Shown here: positions 24,556 to 36,703 of the stretch, one piece after another
How positions within the stretch are numbered: the stretch's first letter is position 1
How the letters are laid out: every line of letters starts with the position of its first letter
Source of the DNA: Podarcis muralis
Lineage: Eukaryota
Assembly (NCBI RefSeq): GCF_964188315.1
Contig: NC_135655.1
Span: 12,090,001 to 12,154,000, forward strand
Length of the DNA stretch: 64,000 nt
Direction of reading: 5' to 3'
The notes under the pieces: model-generated
Told to the model about the DNA's origin: nothing
Seen by the model: the letters and a program-made list of their open reading frames with translations, nothing else
The model's database searches: none
Position numbers and translations under genes: made by a program

Positions 24556-25543
24556 GTCTGTTGTCTTTATCCATGGAGTTTTCTTGGCAGAGATACTGGA
24601 GTAGCTTGCCAGTTCCTGCTCCAGGTGGATCACATTTGGTCAAAACTCTCCACTATGACCTATCCGTCTTGGGTGCCCCTGCATGGCATAGCTCATAGCT
24701 TCTCTGAGTTATTCAAGCCCCTTCGCCATGACAAGGCAGCGCCGGAAGAAATATCAACAACCTCAGATATGCAGATGACACAACCTTGATGGCAGAAGGT
24801 GAGGAGGAATTAAAGAACCTTTTAATGAGGGTGAAAGAGGAGAGCACAAAATATGGTCTGAAGCTCAACATCAAAAAAACGAAGATCATGGTCACTGGTC
24901 CCATCACCTCCTGGCAAATAGAAGGGGCAGAAATGGAGGCAGTGAGAGATTTTACTTTCTTGGGCTCCATGATTACTGCAGATGGTGACAGCAGTCACAA
25001 AATTAAAAGACACCTGCTTCTTGGGAGAAAAGTGATGACAAATCTAGGCAGCATCTTAAAAAGCAAAGACATCACCTTGCTGACAAAGATCCGTATAGTT
25101 AAAGCTATGGTTTTCCCAGTTGTATGGAAGTGAGAGCTGGACCTTAAAGAAGGCTGATTGCTGAAAAATTGATGCTTTTGAATTATGGTGCTGGAGGAGA
25201 CTCTTGAGAGTCCAGTGGACTGCAAGAAGATCAAACCTATCCTTTCTGAAGGAAATCAGCCCTGAGTGCTCACTGGAAGGACAGATCCTGAAGCTGAGGC
25301 TTCAATACTTTGGCCACCTCATGAGAAGAGAAGACTCCCTGGAAAAGACCCTGATGTTGGGAAAGATGGAGGGCACAAGGAGAAGGGGACAACAGAGGAC
25401 GAGATGGTTGGATAGTGTTCTCGAAGCTACCAGCATGAGTTTGACCAAACTGCGGGAGGCAGTGGAAGACAGGAGTGCCTGGCGTGCTCTGGTCCATGGG
25501 GTCACGAAGAGTCGGACACGACTAAACAACTAAACAACAACAA
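24556..25543 (+). mobile_element. RTE-BovB LINE, rearranged: inverted 5' piece (24556-24739) + 3' end with RT C-terminus (24740-25543)
   Basis: AGRNINNLRYADDTTLMAEGEEELKNLLMRVKEES; tail GGGGTCACGAAGAGTCGGACACGACT+(AAC)n; frameshift and stop near 25125-25165; TSD CAGCACC. Confidence 0.93.
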
Positions 25544-25569
25544 TCAGCACCATAGTCTGCATGTCACTA

Positions 25570-25730
25570 AAGGCTTGTCCACACTTCTGCTTGTTCTGTG
25601 CTTTGTAGGCACAAGCCCGGGCGGTTTCCCCCTAGCCCTGCTCCTTTCCCAGGGAAAACCTACTCTTTAGTGCTAAATCGGAGCAAACGTCAATCCATAG
25701 GAAACAGGACAAGAGGAAATGTAGATAAGC
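25570..25730. repeat. MITE-like interspersed repeat
   Basis: Shares cagggaaaacct...aatcggagcaaac.gtcaatcca with about 62585-62810; both have inverted ends tccacact..agtgtgg / atgtag. Confidence 0.55.
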
Positions 25731-27581
25731 CCTAACTCAATAGCAGTGGCGGTGATATGTTTTGAATTGGGTGTGTGTTTACCCCTTCCTATGATGCACT
25801 TGGCTTCTGAAATTAAGATATGCACACACATCTCCACTAGTCCTTTCCTGTCTTAAACGTTTTACCTAAATTTTCCAGTGCAAGCATATGTGTAGGAGTT
25901 TGCTTTCATTAGGCTGATGGCCATGGCAGTGCTTTAAAAAAAGATAATGTGCATCGTATGCAGTTGTGTACTTTACAGGTCCACCAGCGGTGTTGTGTAT
26001 TTCGTAGTTTTTTCTCGTTTAGCCTCCATCCTATTGAATGCATTATGGCTCTTATTTTATGCTAGAGATGGGGACTCTGTGGCGCTCCAGATGTTGTTGG
26101 ACTCCAGCTGCCATTGAGATCCACCATCATGGCCAGTGGTCGGGGAAGATGGGAGTTCTAGTTCAGCCACATCTGGAGAGCTGTTTTATGCTGAAGTGGC
26201 TTCTCTTCAGAAATCCCTGGGTTCATTCTGCTTCTGAAATGTTTTGAATGGAACTCTGGTATATCTGTTCTGATCTTTGAACAGGGATGTTGAAGAATCC
26301 TGCTTAGTCAGAGCTTTTAATGATTCCTAAGGGAATATTATGCAGAAAATCAACATATTATAAGTTAATTGTATGGTGAAGAAAGCTCTTGAATTCATGA
26401 ATAGGTGGCTATGCTTCACACACAAACGCATGCACCAAAGTTCAATTGTTTTTTACGACCGCTGGCAAAATAGTTTGGGGCTTTTCAGAGGCAAAGGGGA
26501 ATTTGTGTGACACTGTATTTGTGGTGCCTTGGTGATACAGACGTTACTTTTTTAATTCTTCATAATAAGGTTCGTAATAAACATTTTGCAGTAGCAGTTT
26601 TTATGTAGCCAATCACAGAACAGTCCTATTAGTTCAGCAGTGAATTAAAGCTGCAGTGAGCTCAGACTCCCATTTTTCTTTCCCCTTTCTTAGTTTCAGT
26701 CATGATGAAGAACTGTTCTGTTCAGACATCCTCTTAATTTTCCCTGTGAACATTTTAATTTTTCAGCAGGTTCTGGGGATGTGTAGTAATTCCTGAACAA
26801 TTTCACATACAGAAATGAAATTAAGCTCTTCCAGCTTCTATTCATGCTGAATACTTCCTGTTAGGCAGGAAACCTTCAATTTATCCTTCCTTTATAGATG
26901 TGACAACTAATCAGCTTGCTGTACATAACCTTTTGACTTGTAAACACTGCGTTCCTTTGGTTAGGCAATCATTTTTACTGGTACAACATTGTAATAGGAA
27001 GCTAAGTCTTTTCTTGCAGTAGGATCACGTGCAGTGGCAAAACTTGGTAGCTACCAACGGCCCATTGGTGCTGATGCCTTCTCTGGACTGGACCTTGCCT
27101 TTTCCATCCCTACTTCCAACTTTGCTTTTGTGAGTTGCCTGTGATTTTAAATTTCCCACAATGCCCACAAGCTGTGCTTTGTTGGAGAACTGTGGGACCT
27201 TTAAAATTACAGGTGGCTCATGGGCTTCTGATTTTAGGAAGACAAGGCTTCAGCCCTCTCAAAACCTGGAGCCCCCACCCCAGAATGTACTGTAGGATGC
27301 AAGCTCTGCAGGTGTTTATGTTCAACACTAGCTGCTTCTTAAAAGTTGTGAGATATATTATGCGCTTACTGCTTTCTTGGTTAGCGTATCAGCCACAGGG
27401 GCAGCAATATGTGTTTTTACTTCCTTTTGATAATCGAACTAGGTTGAGAAAATGCATTTTTGTGAAGCAGCAGCATGTCTGGATAACAAGAACCCTTATT
27501 TAGCCAAATGCTTTCTAAATTAAAGTAATGGCATTAAACTGAACCAGTTCTGATGTTATGAAGCTAAAAAACCAGGGAGAT

Positions 27582-27670
27582 AGTTGTTTCCGCATCCCCC
27601 TCCTAATATATAAATTAGCATAGAAGTTGTTTCCGCATCCCCCTCCTAATATATAAATTAGCATAGAAGT
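27582..27670. repeat. perfect 43-bp tandem duplication
   Basis: AGTTGTTTCCGCATCCCCCTCCTAATATATAAATTAGCATAGA x2. Confidence 0.95.
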
Positions 27671-29347
27671 GGGCTGTTGTGGAATATTGTGGGATGTGTG
27701 ACAGTATACCGAATCTGCTGTAGTGGTGAAATAAACTGAAATATCCCACTTTAATTATATCCTATCTCTTAATTTTCAGCTGCATTAATGTGTATCTTCA
27801 GCCGCATTTCAGTTACATATTTCAGTGCCTAACTTTCCATTATTTGAGTATGCAAATAATATTAGAGACAGTGGGCCGAGGCAGAGACAATAGCTTGGTC
27901 AAAGTTACTTAACTGAGATTATGGCTGACATGAAATTTGAATCAAAGACTCCCTGGCCCACAGGCACATTTGCATAGTGGCAATTACTTGTTTTTGATTC
28001 TGGAACATCATTGTGAGGAGTATCTTTGAAGGCATTGAGGAGAGTGGCTGGATGGGGAGAGAAACACAAATTCCCATTTCCCCTAACGTCCTCTTGCATT
28101 ATTTACAGATGTTTACTTTCTGATGTGTGGGCAGAAAAAGAGTAGCAGGTGGGAGTCTCCTGAGCAGTTTTGAAATTCTCTGCACGTTGGCGCCAGACCA
28201 GCAGCGCAAACTTCCAACCCTTTTCCCATTTAACTTTATACCTTGTGAAGTGTCAAAAATCTGCAAGGTTAATAGATAAAAATTGTGAAGGGTTTCTGGC
28301 ATTTGCTTTGATAGCAAATTTAGATACTGACATACACGCTGACCAAAGGATTGTATAAGGGGATAGGAAGGACAGCTCAAGCTTGTGTCCATTGCTCCCC
28401 CTCCTTTTTTTATCTTCACAACAACCCTGTTAGATAGGCCAAGCTGGGAGTTTCTAGTTCAGGGACCAAAATGGTGAAATTGCACTTATTTAGATTATTT
28501 TTGGCTTGTTATTTATCAGGGTTGGCAAACTTGGAAGGGGGTGTTTTGTGGTAAATATCAGGACTATCAAATCTTACAGTTAAAGCTAGAGGGGTTGCTT
28601 TTCTAGCTTTGTGCTTGTTTGTTTTTCTTTACATCCATGGCATCATATATTTGTGTTTCGTTCTTCCTCCCAGTAGCTCAGGGTCGCGTATATTACCATA
28701 TTCTCCCCCTTTTTATCTTTGTAACTGTCCTGTGAGATAGACTAGGCTAACTGTACGTAAGCAGCAGTTCTTGGTGGGGATTTGTGGAGGTCCCAATCCG
28801 CACACAGCCTGACTGGCCTAGGAAATCCTGTTGGCATCCCTGGAAACAATTCCCATAACTCATCTCCTGATGTTGCAGCGTGCAAAAGTTGGTTTCTTTC
28901 GAATTCTGGTGTTCCTGACACTACTGCTCTTGCAAGGCCTGTAGCAACTCCAGGAAAATAGCTCCACATGCGCAATCACACTGTCACAAGGCGCCGGGGA
29001 TTGTCTCACAGGCCAGGTGGAATGGGGTTCCTGGCTTATCTTGGTGGTTTGAGCCAAGAAGGTTAGGGACACTGGGGGAATATGGTGTTAAAAGAGCCTC
29101 TGCCTTACTCTTTGTTCGGAAGGGCAGCAATGGCAAGGACAAATGAATAGTGAGGGAGAGGCTGTTTTAGCACCCCATTCGCTCTGATCAAACGCCAAGG
29201 TTGCAGGTTTGCTCCCCGTATGGGACGGGTGCATATTCCCACATTGCAGGGGGTTGAACTTGGTGGTCCTCAGGGTCCTTTTCAACTCTACAATTCTTTC
29301 ATCAAGGGAGGGAAGGTGCAAGGGGAAGAGACATTCCACCTAGGGCT

Positions 29348-29689
29348 AAAAGGTAAATGTAAAGGACCCCTGACAGTTAAGTCCAGTTGTGAACAACTCT
29401 GGGGTTGCAGCGCTCATCTCACTATACTGGCTGAGGGAGCCAACGTTTGTCCGCAGTTTTTCTGGGTCATGTAGCCAGCATGACTAAGCTGCTTCTGGCG
29501 AACCAGAGCAGCGCACGGAAATGCCGTTTACCTTCCCGCCGGAGCGGTACCTGTTTATCTACTTGCACTGGCGTGCTTTTGAACTGCTAGGTTGGCAGGA
29601 GCTGGGACCAAGCAACGGGAGCTCACCCCGTCGCGGGGATTCGAACTGCTGACCTTCCAGTCGGCAGGCCCTAGGCTCAGTGGTTTAAA
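29348..29689 (-). mobile_element. Sauria SINE (extreme 5' end missing)
   Basis: Homologous to the other copies. Confidence 0.9.
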
Positions 29690-31043
29690 TTCCTGAAATG
29701 AGGCCCTAGGTCTTCAGTTCCTGGGCATAGAAACCTCACAAGGCATATTTGCCTGGCTTCCCTCCCTCCATTCACTGTGCCAGTTCATCTTGCACCTGAA
29801 GCCTTCAGCCTCAGCAGTCAAGAACATGCAGCTTCATTCTCCCCTTTCAGCAGTCTCTGTGGGAGGTTGCACTTTGGGAAAACCCGTGCTTTGTTGTTTA
29901 GGTTTATGAGGCGCCCAATTATATGCCTTCCTCCCCCACCCACCCACATTTGAGGAAAACCTTCGCAAGGATCCCTTGCTGTTCTAGATTGTAGTCACAA
30001 GGACGCATGCCGCGCTAATACAGCAGGAGCTTTTGTCGTTTAAGCACCTAGCAACCCCTGTTTACCAAAACTCTTTAATTATCCAAATGAACTCGGTGTC
30101 CCTTGAAACATGTTGATAGTGCAGCACAAAATCAACTAGATCTTTACAACTTGCATGGTAAGGGAGCATGGAAAATGTGGATACTGTGTATAGTCACAGG
30201 CTTATTTATTTGGTTCTTGCAGAAATTTGGCAGTTAAACCATAAGCCTTTTCCATGTGCAGGTAGCTGGTTTGCATGTAGGCAAACAAAATGAATGTAAA
30301 TGAACCTCTCTCTGGTTTGCTTTGTTCTACTGGGTCTTTAGCTTTATACTGCCACCGGGTAAGTTCCTGGTAACAATACCTGTTTCTTAGATGGAAAGAC
30401 TGTTCCCCAAAGAAATGAGATTCCTCCACGACTCCTCCCACGTGGCTTCATAATGTTCCATTTGCCTTCCACGTTTCAAAGCCAACTGTGCTTTGTGGGA
30501 TAGACCCATGCAGTATTTTCTCATTCCATTCATGCAATCATTCATGTAATCATTTCCAGTTTGCGGGGGGGGGGGGGAGTGCTGTTGTTTACATACAGCC
30601 AAAGTAGCACTACCCCTGCACAAGAGGGGTGACATTGGCAGACTTGCAGAAGGAGGAATGTTTGGAAATCCCAGGAGATTGCACAGAAAAAAACTTCAGG
30701 ATGAAAAGAGGGGTTTTAAAAAAAAAAAGCCAGAAAGAAAAACTTGAAGATACATGTTTTGGGATGGTGGGAGGAAAAGGGAGCAAATGAGGCGAGAAGA
30801 CTGGTCTTGAAAAGCTCCTGCTCATAGCAAAAGTTGCATGTTAGCCAAGAGGCAATGTGTTGATTGGGTCTTTCGGGGAGAGGGAGGCTAAAGCAGAAAG
30901 GGCAGTAGAAGAAGTGATAGGGAGAGGCAAGCAAAGCAAAGAAAAAACCCTGTAATATAAAGGAAGGAGGAAGGGAAGAACACGGCAGAAGCAAAAAGGA
31001 AAGGAATTAAATAGGAGCTACAGCAAGAAACGGAAATGACAGA

Positions 31044-31218
31044 CAGAGCTGTAGCTAGGTGGTCTTTCGTCCCTGGCAGAACTGCCCAGATTGCGCCCCC
31101 TAGCCATGGACAAATTAGCTCTTCTTTCCGCCTCTCCTCCAACCCCCCCCCCTCCACCCATTCAATGTACCATCAATTTCAAACCATTTCTTATGAGGCA
31201 ATAATGGATATTTATATT
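31044..31218. mobile_element. truncated copy of the 2211-2437 hAT MITE
   Basis: Shared ccagattgcgccccctagccatggacaaattagctcttcttt and ttatgaggcaataatggatattt. Confidence 0.8.
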
Positions 31219-32677
31219 TAGAGACATATGCAGGCAGGAGCAAATCCTCATGGGACTCTCTGTGCCCCACATGTAGCTCCACAACTGCCCTCCATCATTC
31301 CATTCTTTCCAACGGCTCTTCATGGGCAGATCATTTCGTTGGAAGGGGTTCCATGTCACCTTCATTTTCTGTTTTGTGATTGAGTTACTGCTGTGCTCAA
31401 GCTCTTGTAGAGGGAGTCAATGGTTTTTTGACCAATAAGAAAAGCAAGCTAATGAACCAAGTATTCCCGAGACCGGCAGTGCTCAAAACTGGGCCAGGGA
31501 CTGCTAGTGTGTCTGCTTTCAGATGCAGCCCATCCCCTTGTCATTCAGTAGCCTTTGGAGTAGACTGTCTTCCAAGAGTAATGGTAATAATAAAATGGAA
31601 ATAGAGAGGAAGTGGGTAAGAGGTGGGAGCTTCATAAGAGCAAGAATTGAATGTAAAAGGGACAGCAAATACCTGTTACCCTATGCCAGCCTCCCAAGCT
31701 TCCGGTTTTAGTGCAAAAGGAGAATGCGAGAAGAAATGAGAGGAGATGGGTAAAAATGCTTTGAGGAGCATGTGATGAGGAAGGAAAACATAAAGCAGAA
31801 AGCCTTCTCTACTCAGCTTCATAAAATCAATACCTCCAGAACCAATAACTGTATATAGCTTGAGGAAAGCTGAACTACCTGCTACAAGAAAAATTCCAAA
31901 AGGGATTAAATAGAAAACAATGCCAGTAATTTCCAGTTGATTAAGCCAATCTCTGCTTCCATCTGCCTCCATTTTTTTTTTATTTTTTTTTTACTGCTCT
32001 GCCCTTGTTCTCCTGTTTTGTGACTGGTTGGCCTAAGCCATTTTTAGGCCTCTCAAATGAGCCCTGGGGTTTGTCTATCTTGTAACTTACTGTAAGTAAG
32101 CAGGGACGCTGCTGTAAGCTTAAAGAGCATTGTGAAGACAGATTACAGTCCTGTGCACATGTAAGCCTCATTGAAACTGATGGGATGTATTAAGCAGTAA
32201 GTATGCTTGGGATTACAGCAAATCTGACACAGTCTATCGAAATGCCATTGAAGTAAATGGAGTTTGAGCATCGTAACGGCAACTTGGAGAGCTTTTCATT
32301 TTGGGCCATTTCTGGGTCTAAAAAACGAATCACACATCTTGGTACAAATAAGCTGCTCTTGGTTATGCCTAAAAGAAATTCCGCCTTGTCAGTTGTTCCT
32401 GCTGCAGTGGAGCTATATTTCTTTATATGTGGAAGTTATTCTGGGCAGAAGTCCTTTATTCACCTGGGAACTGCCAGGTTGTTTTTTTAATCCTTGTAGA
32501 GTATGGCTAGCACATCATGAGATGCGCATTCTGACAGGGGAACACAATAATACTCCAGTATTCTGTTACATGTGGAACAATTAGCCTGCTTTAAATAATA
32601 AATGCAGTGCTCTGAATATGTGTATTATAGATAATTAAGCATCATGTTGCTAACATTTAACATGCACTTATGTCTAG

Positions 32678-32808
32678 GTGTAATTATGGTTGGGAAGGGC
32701 AGTTCTGCGATGCGTGTGTCCCCTACCCAGGCTGTGCTCATGGGAGTTGCAACGTCCCCTGGGAATGCAAATGTGAAACCAACTGGGGTGGTCTGCTCTG
32801 CAACAAAG
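32678..32808 (+). CDS. JAG2: JAG2 exon 6 (EGF1-EGF2)
   Basis: ctag|G TGT...AAA G|gtact; 131 nt; [43 protein letters not shown]. Confidence 0.97.
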
Positions 32809-33009
32809 GTACTGAACTTCCATTCATAGTTAAAATTTAAATCTCATTACTAACTAGTAACCTGATCTCGATTGTTTTTGCCAAGCATGTGCTCACTACA
32901 GAGAGCATCTGTCTTCTGACTCTCTGGTGGCACTTGCCTATTGCATTTAAGCAAGCAGGCAGGTTTTGCCATTTGCAAGCTTGCCCTTGCATGGTTTGCA
33001 TGTCACGCC

Positions 33010-33405
33010 ATCCCTAACCATGGCTGAACATGAGCACGTGGGCTCCCAGAGAAGAAATGCATCCACTTTGCTCCTCCACAGTTGTTTTGCTGCCACACCA
33101 ACAGTGAACTAACCCATGATTTGGCTTAATGTGTCATCCAAGCCCAGCTACGCGGCTTAGCTTTCTCCAGACAAGCCACAAACTCTAACCAAGGTTGTCC
33201 CTATGGTTTACGGCTTGTGGATTATCCAGAAAGCTAAACCACAAGCCAGGACAACATGCTAAGCCCAAACCATGGCTTAGTTCAGTGTAGCACAGCACCA
33301 AAACAGCCAGGAAGGAGCAAAGCGGCTGTGATGTCCTCTTCTGGATCCTTCAGGCTCACCCTAAGCCATGGTTTGATTTAGTGCGATGTGCAAACCAGGC
33401 CAGTG
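33010..33405. repeat. degenerate fold-back element (AAACCATGGTTT family)
   Basis: Left arm aligns with the reverse complement of the right arm around a central aaccaaggtt. Confidence 0.6.
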
Positions 33406-33654
33406 TGAGTGTAATGCATTTATTCCTAAGAGATTTGCTTTATCTTGTCTTTACATCACAGATGTTGGTTGAGATGGCAATACACCCAGTGACTGATACA
33501 AAGCCAAAATGAATTAAAGGGGGAAGGTGGGCACAGGTGTATGGGTGTTAAAGATACTCTGCCTGCCTCTACCCTTCTCTTGAAAGATCTCCACGTAGTA
33601 GTTCTGCATCTTCTTGTGTCAAATAACCCGACTCCACCTTCGCCCTCTGTCTAG

Positions 33655-33774
33655 ATTTAAACTACTGCGGAAATCATCACCCATGTGTGAATGGTGGAAC
33701 CTGCATGAATACGGAACCAGACGAATACAGCTGTGCTTGCCAAGATGGTTACTCTGGAAAGAACTGTGAAATTG
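33655..33774 (+). CDS. JAG2: JAG2 exon 7 (EGF3)
   Basis: ctag|AT TTA...ATT G|gtact; 120 nt; [40 protein letters not shown]. Confidence 0.97.
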
Positions 33775-33800
33775 GTACTGACAAACAATTGCATGTCTTT

Positions 33801-33844
<44 letters not shown>

Positions 33845-33845
33845 G
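33801..33845. repeat. (TTG)n microsatellite just downstream of exon 7
   Basis: Direct reading. Confidence 0.95.
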
Positions 33846-34457
33846 AATTTTCTACGATGACAAGAATGTTCCTCCATATACCTTTCATGATTAAATGAAA
33901 CATAGCTGTTGGTGATTTTGTCATTATTTGTCACCCTTGATGACTAATCTAAAATCAGTTTTCTTCAGATGGCTAAATACCAAACCTGGGTGCAGATTGA
34001 TAAGACTCTGGGCCCCTTTAGATATGAACAAGCCTTGAGGAGCTTTGTTTCCTCCTCTTGCTCCTCTCCCCCATCCCCAGTGCTTGTTTGGAGCAAACCA
34101 CAGTTTGTTGTTTCATATGGAGAGGCAAAGTAGAGTCAGAAGTAGGGAACCGCTACCCATGAGTGAGGAGAGCCTAGGAGTGCATGCACCAAAAGCTTCT
34201 GCTTATGCCAAACCAGGATTAGGAATCTGAGTAAGCCCTTTGTGTTGCGTAAGGAAGTTCTAGTTCAAGTGCAAATAGCTTACAGAAGCAGACAAATTTC
34301 AGAGTCTGTAAAAGTATTCCAGATAGAGCTTCCAGTAAACTTGGGAAGATGGCAAAAGGCTCTTGTGAAGGAAGGACAAGGCCTTTGTTACATACTTGGA
34401 AATAAAAGTGTTTAAACCTGGATTTGTGTACTGAGGATAATTTTCTTTTCTTATTAG

Positions 34458-34571
34458 CTGAGCATGCTTGTGTATCAAATCCCTGTGCTAATGGTGGAGT
34501 TTGCCACGAAATTTCATCAGGCTTCAAATGCCAGTGCCCAGCAGGCTGGAGTGGACCAACGTGTGCTATTG
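34458..34571 (+). CDS. JAG2: JAG2 exon 8 (EGF4)
   Basis: ttag|CT GAG...ATT G|gtaggt; 114 nt; [38 protein letters not shown]. Confidence 0.97.
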
Positions 34572-35861
34572 GTAGGTACAGCTTGGTTTCAGATGTATTA
34601 TGACTTGTATGTGCACATGAAACAAACTGATTATGCAAACGCCCCTCTTAGGTGCTTGTAACTATAGCAAATGCATGTTCATCGAGTGAACTGAAATCAC
34701 ACTTCCACTTTGATACAATAACAGGATTGTCACTTAGCTAATAAAATCTTAGTTGTATGAGTTTGTCAGTCGATGGATCAAATCTGCATAATAAGGCAAC
34801 ACATCTGGAGGAGAACAGCTTCTACATCTTTAGTCATGTGTGCATGTATGTATCACAGGCGGCACCATCTTAGAAATAGCATTTATTCTATCATATGTGA
34901 GAAGGGCAGAGGCTACTTAAGATGTTGGCTGCCATTGTAGTTTTTAGAATTTTTTTGTGGTTGTCCAGTTATTAATGCCTTTCTTGGTCAGTCAGAAGCT
35001 TAATTGGTTGATGTAGCAGATTAATAGTTAATTGAGCATTGCACAGCACCTAATGAGTGCAAGTGCTTAAGAGCCTTGCTAATATGCTTATAATCAAAAA
35101 GTTCCTGGCAAAGTAACTTTCAGTTCAAGTGTTATCTGGGGGCTGTTATCCTTTTCCTTGTGGCCTCTGCAGCACCACATTTAGGATTACACGTGTATAG
35201 GATCAAAACAACAGAACTCTCTTGAAAGTTGAGGCAAAAAGCAAACTCTTTGATTTCTTCATGCAGCAGCACATTTGCTAGGAGGTGCGGGAGGAGAGTG
35301 GTATATTTTTGGAGGTGGCAGGTAGCAAAATAATCAGTAGTGGCGAGTTGTGTTTTTCTGTTTCTACTGAGGGCTTGCATCACTATTCCTTGATGTAATA
35401 CTTTGCCCTCAAAGGCATATGGTGAGGAATTACTGATGAGAAGGATCAAACCTTCTTTCAGCAAGGGTTCTGTAATAAATTTTGTTGCTGCCATGAGCAT
35501 AGTGGGTATCCCAAATGTGACTCCTGGAAGCATAGAAGTGACAGGAATGTAGTTACGTTCTTAGCTTTTTCACAGAATCAGGAAACACCCTGTTTCTAAA
35601 CCAGGGAAGAACTGTATCACTTTGGTGTTTAACCACTACACAAACAAGGTGCTATAACCAGGTTAGCAGCTCCATTTGTTCAGTTCCAGTGGAAGCATCC
35701 AATGGCAAGAGTGCCAAGCATCTTGTGTTGTGCTGCTGTGTACTCTCGGGCGTCTTCATCTTGCATAGTTTGCTAAAACTTTTTTATCATTTATAGCCAG
35801 CGTGCCAATAGATGTTGAATTAAATAGTGAACAAACTTAGGGGCAAACGGAGGGTGTATTA

Positions 35862-36072
35862 CAGGGGTGTCCAAACTTTTTTCAAAGAGGGCCAGATTTG
35901 ATGAAGTGAACATGCGTGAGGGCCGACCAAAGTTCTTGACCTTTTTTTTTAGGATTGAAGTTGTTGAGCTTTGTATTTTAATTTTACCCCAGGAAATAAA
36001 CTGTCACAGGGACCGGATTAAACTGACTGGCGGGCCGAATTAGGCCCCAGAATGGACTTTGGACATGCCTTG
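35862..36072. mobile_element. hAT-like MITE
   Basis: CAGGGGTGTCCAAAC / CTTTGGACATGCCT termini; TSD not preserved. Confidence 0.6.
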
Positions 36073-36435
36073 ATTAATACCACAAATTGTAAAGATATAT
36101 TTACACTTAAGCAAATGGTTAGTGAATGAGAGCTGGTTGCCTTTCTTTTTAAAAAAAGAATCGGGATTGTTCTTAGAGTTCTCACGCTTAATATTATGGA
36201 AGGTTTAAAACATGTCTGTTTATGAGTTGCACTGCAGTGGAACTGCTTTAGGATCTTAAAGAGGGATGATCACTTCCTGATGGGGACCACTTGAGCATAA
36301 ACACATCAGAGCTTGGTGATTTCCAAACTGTCCATGAGATTTGATAGCCTTTTCCTAAAGAGTTATGGTTATGCCCATTTATCTGCATCGAAAACAACAT
36401 GTATGGTTGTCTCAGACCATTCTTTTCCTCCCCAG

Positions 36436-36549
36436 ATATTGATGAGTGTGCCTCTAACCCATGTGCTAGTGGTGGAACTTGTGTTGATCGCATTAATGGG
36501 TTTGAATGCATATGTCCACAGCAGTGGATTGGGGCAACCTGCCAGCTTG
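36436..36549 (+). CDS. JAG2: JAG2 exon 9 (EGF5)
   Basis: cccag|AT ATT...CTT G|gtaagt; 114 nt; [38 protein letters not shown]. Confidence 0.97.
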
Positions 36550-36611
36550 GTAAGTCAAGACTGTAAGCTATCTTTAAAATTAGTCGCGTTCATTATTGTA
36601 AGTATATTGTT

Positions 36612-36703
36612 GTCATTTTGTGCAAATGGTTCCTTTGATGTTTTAGCTGCTTCTGAGTCATTTTGTATAAATGCTTCCTTTGATGTTTTAGCTACTTCTG
36701 AGT
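36612..36703. repeat. imperfect 45-bp tandem duplication
   Basis: gtcattttgt..aaatg.ttcctttgatgttttagct.cttctga x2. Confidence 0.85.
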
